Assembly (NCBI GenBank): GCA_964583485.1
Contig: CAZOVC010000002.1
Location: 2,959 to 66,958, forward strand
Direction: 5' to 3'
DNA length: 64,000 nucleotides
Source: an uncultured Candidatus Saccharibacteria bacterium
Lineage (GTDB): Bacteria > Patescibacteriota > Minisyncoccia > Minisyncoccales > GWA2-38-27
The translations under genes were made by a program, and so were the position numbers. This document shows positions 56,718-64,000 of this stretch, one piece after another. The notes beneath the pieces are model-generated. The model had not been told where the DNA came from. It did not search any database and worked only from the letters and a program-made list of their open reading frames with translations. Each line of letters opens with the position of its first letter. Position 1 is the first letter of the stretch.

Positions 56718-58871
56718 TTAATCCCAATCGACTTTTTCAATCTTTGGGTTAAGTTTTTTCATCGAATTATACCACTTTTGAAATTGTGCTTTAGTATCCT
56801 CTTTTTCTTTTTGATCTAGTATCAACTCATAGCTCGTAAATAATTCTGGAGGATTCCCTATATATACTCCTTTCTTCCAAAATTTTACCAAGGCCTCCAT
56901 AATTTCTAACAGGCTTCTAGTATCGCATTTAGCTATTACTTGTATCATTCTTTCTGCCGACATCAACCATATACCATTATAACCTTGTATTTTTTTCTTT
57001 CCTTTCAAAAAATCAGAAATTCTTAATAACATTATTTTATACCAATGAATACAAATAAGTGGTTCCTCTTCTACCAAATCTTCTATAATCATCTCGAGGT
57101 GGCTATAAATATCTCTTTGATATGGACACTCTAGAAATAAATCAATATAGGGTTTTATTGTCTTAAACTCAATTTTGTTGTCTTTTAAAATTTTCCAGAA
57201 ATGCCAACTAATACTTCCGCGCAGTTCATTATAATTCCTATCTGTATTTTTAATCATCTCTATTAATTTTTTTTCTAATTTTTTGCCATCAAATTTAATA
57301 GTTGGTTGATCTTTATAATGTCTTTGGCGAAAAATACCGAAATAAACAAAAAGTGGAGCAGACTCATCTGTGATTTTTAGAGCATCTAAGACCCTTTCCG
57401 CTTCTTTTGTTGATAAATCTTTATAATACGCAAAAACATGGCATAGCCATTTTGCAATAGCTTTATAGTTCGGATTTTTAGCAACAAGTCCGACTAAATC
57501 AAAAGTTAATTTATTAAACTTTTTATATACTCTTCGATACGGTCTCTTGCCATAACCGTCGAGTAATTGTCTCCTTGCGGTAATTTCGGTTAGAGAAACA
57601 ATGGCTTGCTGTTTAATGTAAAGGTTTCTATGCTTTAGTAATTTTTCAGTATAATTTAAAGCTTTATTTATATATTTTTTATTTTTCTCCTCTCTTTGAA
57701 ACGCAAGTCTCTGGATTACCCAAGCAAGATGACCCAACACGGTAGTAATAATATGCGGATCTTCGCCATTGATAATTTGTTGATGGTAGTTAAATTTCGG
57801 ATCGCCTTTATAATTTTCTGGCTCAGCTGGATCTGGATCGTCTATAAATTTATCAATAATCCAGATAGCGTCATTAAATCTTTCTTTTTCGGCTAACCAA
57901 ATACCAAGTCGCACCATTTCTTCACGAGTAAATTTATCTATGAAAAGTTGATAGGGTTTTTTATCTTTTAGAAATTTTCTAAGGGCGGAAAATAGTTTTT
58001 CTTTATGTTCATCTCCTAATTTTTCTAACAAATAAAACCATTTTTCAAATAGTTGTTTTTGTTGTTTATTTGAAGGTTTAATTTTTTTCTTATCAAAAGA
58101 AGTCAAAAAATCTCGACTATAAAGAATTTCATGGAAAAATTGTCCATCTCTACTTTCAAATTGAAGCCAAATTTCTTCAATATTTTCGTAATTTAAAAGT
58201 TCTTTATAAGAGAAAGTTAGAGCCTCGATGAAATCGTTTGTTCTGTCGCCAAAAAAATACTTATTAACTAATAATAAAATTTTTCTATCTGCCGTTAACG
58301 CGCCTAGTTGTTTATTTGCGGTGGTGATTTTAGGGCCAATGTTTTGATGGATAGTTCCGGCGGGGTTGATTGACCTAACAGGGCCCATTGAAGCTGCCAA
58401 TGCTACCTTGTTCTCTTTTCCTTCGGATTTGCTTATTACTTCAAAATCTCCTATTCCCTCAACGAAGATATCTTTTTGATTGTTCCGAAGAGCATTGATA
58501 ATAATATCGGCTATTATTTTTTCCTGTCCAGCTTTAACTTTTAAATGCCAAGGAAAATTAAGAAAATAAATACCTCTCGGAAATTTTGAATCTTTTATAC
58601 GTTTGTCTAATTCTTCTTGTAATCTTTTTGTGTTATACCCTCTTGACATCGATTGCTCTAACTCCTCTCTCTCATGCACTTCTTTTATTTCGATCGCAAT
58701 CTTTGGTTGCACTAAAAAATAATCCGGAGCTTTGTATTGATTATTTTTATCGGGACAATCAATATCAACCTTTTTTATTTTTGGAAAATAGCTAGATAAA
58801 TAAAACTCAACAAGCGGCTTAATATATTTATCTTCCCTTTTAGGTTGTTTGTAGATAAAATCAATTTTCAT
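56718..58871 (-). CDS. 717-aa protein: N-terminal PD-(D/E)xK-like domain plus helical-repeat region
   Basis: PDYFL...IAIEIK motif near N-terminus; remainder mostly helical. Confidence 0.6.
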   Translation of the reverse strand: MKIDFIYKQPKREDKYIKPLVEFYLSSYFPKIKKVDIDCPDKNNQYKAPDYFLVQPKIAIEIKEVHEREELEQSMSRGYNTKRLQEELDKRIKDSKFPRGIYFLNFPWHLKVKAGQEKIIADIIINALRNNQKDIFVEGIGDFEVISKSEGKENKVALAASMGPVRSINPAGTIHQNIGPKITTANKQLGALTADRKILLLVNKYFFGDRTNDFIEALTFSYKELLNYENIEEIWLQFESRDGQFFHEILYSRDFLTSFDKKKIKPSNKQQKQLFEKWFYLLEKLGDEHKEKLFSALRKFLKDKKPYQLFIDKFTREEMVRLGIWLAEKERFNDAIWIIDKFIDDPDPAEPENYKGDPKFNYHQQIINGEDPHIITTVLGHLAWVIQRLAFQREEKNKKYINKALNYTEKLLKHRNLYIKQQAIVSLTEITARRQLLDGYGKRPYRRVYKKFNKLTFDLVGLVAKNPNYKAIAKWLCHVFAYYKDLSTKEAERVLDALKITDESAPLFVYFGIFRQRHYKDQPTIKFDGKKLEKKLIEMIKNTDRNYNELRGSISWHFWKILKDNKIEFKTIKPYIDLFLECPYQRDIYSHLEMIIEDLVEEEPLICIHWYKIMLLRISDFLKGKKKIQGYNGIWLMSAERMIQVIAKCDTRSLLEIMEALVKFWKKGVYIGNPPELFTSYELILDQKEKEDTKAQFQKWYNSMKKLNPKIEKVDWD

Positions 58872-58873
58872 AT

Positions 58874-59335
58874 TTAAGTTTCCTTAAATTGATTTACAGA
58901 AGATTGGAATTTTGCCCTAAATTCATCTAACGATTGTCGGTCGATAAAATGAAGGTTGCGAATACCAATACAAGCTGATCTTATGTAATCTTCGGTATTG
59001 CCCTGAAATTCACCATCCGTTACTAAGTAAAATCCATCTATTTTATAATCTTTCCCATCTACATTTGTAAATTTCCCAAAAGCAATAGAGAGCTGTCCGA
59101 TTATTTCTTTTATTTTTTGTGTTGGCTTCCCGGTACATTTTATGTTGCCGGTTTTTATTTGCATACCATATGCCCTCAGCAGTCCGAAGACATCAAGTTT
59201 GAGAATCACTAAATCTAATCCGAATTCTCTTGAGCCGTGTTTATCTAAAATTCTCTCTTCGGGCTGTTTTATAGCTTCTAGAATAGATTTAATTTCCTTT
59301 CTTAGTTTGTCTTCTTTATTCATTTTTAATTCCAA
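58874..59335 (-). CDS. Small Mrr-like restriction endonuclease domain protein
   Basis: HG.REFGLD....QIK (D..QxK), LVT.G and FID. Confidence 0.7.
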   Translation of the reverse strand: MELKMNKEDKLRKEIKSILEAIKQPEERILDKHGSREFGLDLVILKLDVFGLLRAYGMQIKTGNIKCTGKPTQKIKEIIGQLSIAFGKFTNVDGKDYKIDGFYLVTDGEFQGNTEDYIRSACIGIRNLHFIDRQSLDEFRAKFQSSVNQFKET

Positions 59336-62300
59336 ATAGCTTTTTAACTAATTCATCATTCTCCCCCTCCAGCTTTCCAATCTCGTTTTCTTTGCCTTCG
59401 GATTTGAGTTGGTGGCAGTTTTTGGAGACCTCGGCGAGTTTTTGGTGAAGTTCATTTTTTGAATCAAATTTTGGAATACCGATGTGCTCCATTACTGAAG
59501 GCGTACCAAAGCCCCGACCAGCAGAAGAAAAAGATTTAATAAAATCACGAACTGGTTTTGAATTGATAATGGCACAAAGATAGTGAGCTTCGGTTTCGTT
59601 CTCAACGGGGAAAATAACAGTTGTATCAAGAGAAATTATAGATTTATAACCGAAGGGAGTTTTAATCTCTGAAATAACTGTCGCCACAATATCCGTGGTC
59701 ATTCTTTTCCAAACCACTTTATAACGACTAAAAGTATAATTTCCGATGTTATACTGACTATAAAAAGGTGCGCCTGATTTCAAATGGAATTTTTTATACG
59801 ATGTTCTTGATAATAATTCTTCTCTAAATTTAGTTAAATAACTAAAAGTAAGTGGCCAATCAGATTTCATTCTAGATTCATCGTATCCCTTCATAGGATT
59901 ATCTTTATCGTTCACAAGGAGAACAAAGAAGTTTGAATCAAGTCCCCATCGTTTTATATTCGGTCCCTGAATCGCTGGATAAACTAAATTGGGTTCTATT
60001 TTTTCTTCTATCTTCTTAATTTTTGTTCTACCTCTTTCGGACAAGTTAGAAATAAGTAAATTACCATCTGATAGGACTTGTTTTACTTCAAGCCAAAATA
60101 TGCCATAGGGATCAGCCCAAGCGCCGGCTCGATCCTTATAAAAATTTTGCCCTTCAATGGCGAGTAAACCTTCCTCGCCAGTCTCAATCGTTTGCCAGGC
60201 GCCAACGTTTGTTCTAATTGGTTTGGCTATTAACTTTTTTCTGTTTAATAAAGTTAGAACCTCATTTAACAACTTATCCGTGGCGATTTTCCCTATGCCT
60301 TTTTTCTTATTCCAAACAATATAAGAAACTGGATATTCTGTTCTCTCTCCTTTTTTAAGGATTATTGCGGCAGTTTTATTTGTTGCTCCTTCAAATGGTT
60401 GAATAGAAACTAAATCGTGGGCTTTCAATATTTTTAGATAACTTCTGTCGCCTAATTGAAATCGTCTAAAACCTTCACCTGCTCCTTTAGCTTTAAAAAC
60501 TTCTTGGGTTATTAAGAACCCTAATTTTGCTCCATCTTTTAGATAATAATCAGACGAGGCATAAACAAAAAGCATTGAAAAATCTGGTTTTGCGCCGCCA
60601 AGCATTTGTGCATATCCTTTAAGCGAAAATAATCCATATTCTTTCCAGAGATGTCTTGTCGCTTCTCTATATTCTTCAGCAAGGAAATCCCATCTAATCC
60701 ATGGCGGATTACCAACAACAAAATCAAATTTACCGGCGACCATTGGAGCGAAGGCGTTTTTGAGGAAGCGGGCCCAAATGCCGTTTTTATTTTGTTTTTC
60801 AAGTTCCAAAATCTGATTGTAGAAATTTTTAACCACCTCTTGATTGATTGGGAAAAGTAGACCTTCCTTTTTAAATCTACTCATTGCTTCATTAACCGAG
60901 TACTGATTTTTTGTCATTTCTTCAACAAGTGGCGCAGCGTCAGCCAGCAAAAATCCGCCGTCTCGAACCCACTCGGCTGGCACTTGAAATTTTCCAACAG
61001 AAGTTGAAACTTCCAAAAACTCGCCAAAAAGATTTCCCGTTGTTCTCGTGGGAGTTAAAACCGAATCAGTAAGATAAATCGGAATTTCTACTCGTGGGAG
61101 TTCATTTGCTAAATCACCCAGAGCAAACAAATAATTGGTGCGGGGCGACAATAACCGCCAAAGGATTCAAGTCAAAACCCCAGATATTGGCGACAATTCT
61201 TTTAGCTATTTCAAGTGACGGCCATTTTTCTTTTTGTCCATGTTCTTTAGCTCGTTGAATGGCCAAAACAAGAAAAGTACCCGAGCCACAAGCGGGATCC
61301 AAAAATCTTTTAAGCGTATTACCGTCATAGCCAACCTCATTAAGTAGTAATTCCGCCAGCCAATCGGGCGTGTAATACTCGCCAAGGCGATGACGAACTT
61401 CCTGCGGGACTAAATACTGATAAAGTTTTTTAAGTAGGTCGCGGGTCGAAACAGGATCTAAAGTGCTTGTTGCTGGTTCGAATTCGGAAAGGGCTCGGCC
61501 AATTTCTCTAATCGCTTCTTTTAACTCCGGTGATTCAAAAGTATCAAGATACCAACGGAAGAAATCGCCTTCCAAAAAATTAGTAATTCCTTTTCGGGTG
61601 TAAACTCCGCCGTTTTCTATATCTTCAAGTTGTCTTTTAAGTTCGTCGTCAGAAATATGAGCAAACTGAGAAGCGAGAGATGAACTAAAAGACGTTTCTC
61701 TTAATGTTAAAAGTTCGGCAGCGATAAGTTTCATTAAAAAAGCAAAGTAGGTATGGACAGAAAATAAAAGCTCTTGAAAATCTGTTTCTTTGCCAACTCT
61801 ATAAAGTTTTGAAAGTGTGTCCGCTTCTTTTTCTTGCTGGCCACCCGTAAATTGTTCGCCATAAACAATGCCAAATAATCTTTTCCACTCATTAAAAAAT
61901 GTGCGGATGTGTATTTGATTACCCCAGTATTCCAAAGCGTTGGCAAGGGCCGAAACCATTTTGGGGGCGAGTTCGCTTTGAGGACCAAATTTTTGAGCTA
62001 AATTTTCAGCTGTGAGAGGAAGACGAGATAAAGCTCGTAGATAAATTAAAAAAGTTCTCGCACTTTCTGGATTAAAATCATAAGGCCCACGGATAGAAAG
62101 AAGAGGATATTGAACAAAGAAAATCTGTTCGCCGTCAAATCCTACTCCGACTAACTGCTTTAACTTTGTTTCTTTCGCCTCATCGGATAAATAATTCACT
62201 AACTGATCATAGGCGTGATCTATATTTTTCTTTGAAGAAAATGATTTTGGCGATTCGTATTCGATAATTACCTGTCCGTGCATTGCGTCTGAACGACCGC

Positions 62301-62505
62301 TATAAACAGACTTCTCATATTTTGGAGTTGACTTAAGATTTAATTCGGTCTTAAGCGGATCTAAAAGTTTTTCAAAACCAATTCGTAAATCTTCTTCTGT
62401 TTTGGCTTCGCGAAGTATATTTTTTGTTCCAGAAACCAAATCATCCGCTAATTTCGGGAGTGACTTTTGACTTTCATTTTTATTTGGTAAATCTTTAATT
62501 TTCAT
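59316..62505 (-). pseudogene. Type IIG-like (Eco57I-like) fused R-M enzyme split by a +1 frameshift
   Basis: LGEYYTP, DPACGSGTF and DLNPLAV in 61114..62505; RTNYL and GNPPW in 59316..61151; one extra C near 61142-61145. Confidence 0.8.
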
Positions 62506-62506
62506 A

Positions 62507-63568
62507 TTAACCTCGGTTAAACTTATAACTTATCAATTCGTCGTAGGATTTATCTTTAAAAGCGCTTTTGTTCTTTTCAATAACATCTAATTCTCCCACT
62601 CCGTTTTTATTTCTTGCTCTGATATAACCATTACGTTCACCGCCTTCATCGGTCTTTATGTCTACCCGAATAGTATTTTCGTTTTTACGCTCAACTTTGA
62701 TAATTTTTGTTTTCTTTAAATCGTATATCAATTTTTCTGCGCCAGAAAAAGCACCTCCAGGCATTTTGGTAAAATCTAAATTATCGCTACCTCTAATTGC
62801 GAACTCCTCTCTTGAAAAAAGTTGCTTGAGCAATAATGTTTTAAGATGAATTACTAAATTTCTATCATATGCAGGAAGGAATTTTTGTAGATCGTCTTTT
62901 ATCTTTTTATCATCAAACTTACCAACCTTTTCATAGACATCTTGAAAAGATGCGGTCTTTTTATAAAACTCTAATTTTTTATTAACCATCTCCCAATCAA
63001 CATCAATTCCTTTTGATAATAAATACCAAAGGTCATAAACATCTCTTCCCTTAGCTCTAATTATAAAAGCTCTGATTTTTTCGGCTAAAACCTCCTGCCA
63101 CCCAAGATGTCGAATAATGGGCTGAGGACTAATAGGAAGATCAGTCTCTAATACCTTTTCTTCTTCTGTGAAAGGTTTCTCTCTAGTGGAGAATTCGATA
63201 TGGATATTTAAAGGAAATTTCATCTCTTCGGTTTGATAACTTAAAATACCCGAAAGAGATTTATTCCCCACATTAACCTTTTTTAAAGTCGTGTCAGGAA
63301 TAACTAAATTAACTTTTTTCAATACATCTTCTAAACAATCTTTCAATTCAGTAATTGTTAACTTGGCTGTGAAATCCAAGTCTTCCGAAAAACGAGAGGA
63401 TTTCAAAAGCAAGTGGATTGCCGTGCCACCTTTAAAATAAATATCTTGACTCTCTTTTCTACTATAGAGAACTCCCAAAAAGACAATCTGAATATATTCA
63501 CGAAGAATGGTAAATTCATCTATAGAAAATCTTTGAGATAGTTCTTTTATCTGTTCTTTTGAAATCAT
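62507..63568 (-). CDS. AbiEii-family nucleotidyltransferase toxin with C-terminal extension
   Basis: FKGGTA, RFSEDLDF, AEK.RA and RDVYD motifs. Confidence 0.9.
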   Translation of the reverse strand: MISKEQIKELSQRFSIDEFTILREYIQIVFLGVLYSRKESQDIYFKGGTAIHLLLKSSRFSEDLDFTAKLTITELKDCLEDVLKKVNLVIPDTTLKKVNVGNKSLSGILSYQTEEMKFPLNIHIEFSTREKPFTEEEKVLETDLPISPQPIIRHLGWQEVLAEKIRAFIIRAKGRDVYDLWYLLSKGIDVDWEMVNKKLEFYKKTASFQDVYEKVGKFDDKKIKDDLQKFLPAYDRNLVIHLKTLLLKQLFSREEFAIRGSDNLDFTKMPGGAFSGAEKLIYDLKKTKIIKVERKNENTIRVDIKTDEGGERNGYIRARNKNGVGELDVIEKNKSAFKDKSYDELISYKFNRG

Positions 63569-64000
63569 AATTTTAGTGATTTAAAATATTTTTTAAATGC
63601 ACGATTGTCTATTTTTGTGGCTAAGTCCTTTAACTTATTTTTATCAATAGAATCTAAGATAAGTTCTTCTACGCTTAAAGAACCTCTCCCCAAGGCAACG
63701 AAAAACAAAGCATCAATAAGCGCCTTTTCGGGGGTAGCAATAAGAAAACCATCTACCTGTTGATAATCTGAATAATATTTTTGATTGAGGTGCATATAGA
63801 CAAAATCCCTACCACCTGCTTCTATCTTTTTTGTGAGATTGGGAGTAATTGAAATAATCTGCTGAGGAGACTGAATTAAAATACCATAATAATTAAGCGC
63901 CGAATCCAAAGACACATAAGAAGGTTTGTATAAAAAATTAGCCAACTCAAAATCGGTAGGTTTATTTGAGATTAAATAATATACGCCCTTTGAGGCTCTT
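63565..64000 (-). CDS. AbiEi-family antitoxin (5' end beyond window)
   Basis: KGVY, PSYVSL.SAL.YYG and ATPEKALID; frame open to window edge. Confidence 0.88.
   Translation of the reverse strand, partial: RASKGVYYLISNKPTDFELANFLYKPSYVSLDSALNYYGILIQSPQQIISITPNLTKKIEAGGRDFVYMHLNQKYYSDYQQVDGFLIATPEKALIDALFFVALGRGSLSVEELILDSIDKNKLKDLATKIDNRAFKKYFKSLKL

Noticed and set aside
2409-61988. Numerous short antisense or alternate-frame ORFs in the track (e.g. 11186, 14560, 20978, 39874, 44263)
   Set aside because: They lie within well-supported genes and have antisense-type composition.

Overview
A low-GC bacterial chromosome segment using the standard code. Gene content and style (apparently leaderless housekeeping genes, short AspRS, TrpR-like and DUF5666/MacAB modules) suggest a Patescibacteria/CPR (Parcubacteria, possibly Nealsonbacteria-like) genome; this is inference. 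1-33 kb: housekeeping and cell-wall genes (dnaK 5' end, grpE, GT2-GtrA plus GT-C, ftsQ, Fem-family ligase, DegT aminotransferase, murF/G/D/I/C, ftsW, mraY, dacA, serS, lysS, aspS, thpR, fmt), interrupted by solo orphan cassettes with consensus promoters, a HEPN-MNT pair, csrA and a TrpR-like gene flanked by inverted repeats. 33.4 kb: an alanine-identity tRNA-like gene with an aberrant anticodon arm and a consensus promoter. 33.5-43.4 kb: anaerobe-type Fe-S/metal cluster (DUF134, MinD-ferredoxin ATPases, ZnuBC, UDG, GDH, ferredoxins, HypB-like GTPase, CDF, NifB/X, DUF5320). 43.6-49.4 kb: ECF sigma plus MacAB-type operon. 49.4-64 kb: accessory island, probably bounded by a tRNA-Asp 3'-end copy, with a broken diversity-generating retroelement (target gene, structured leader and a truncated non-cognate template cut by a RAYT-like remnant; no RT or avd in the window), xseAB, two nuclease-like proteins, a frameshifted type IIG-like R-M gene and AbiE. 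Many short palindromic elements are scattered throughout, several inserted in frame inside essential genes. All alignments were done by eye.
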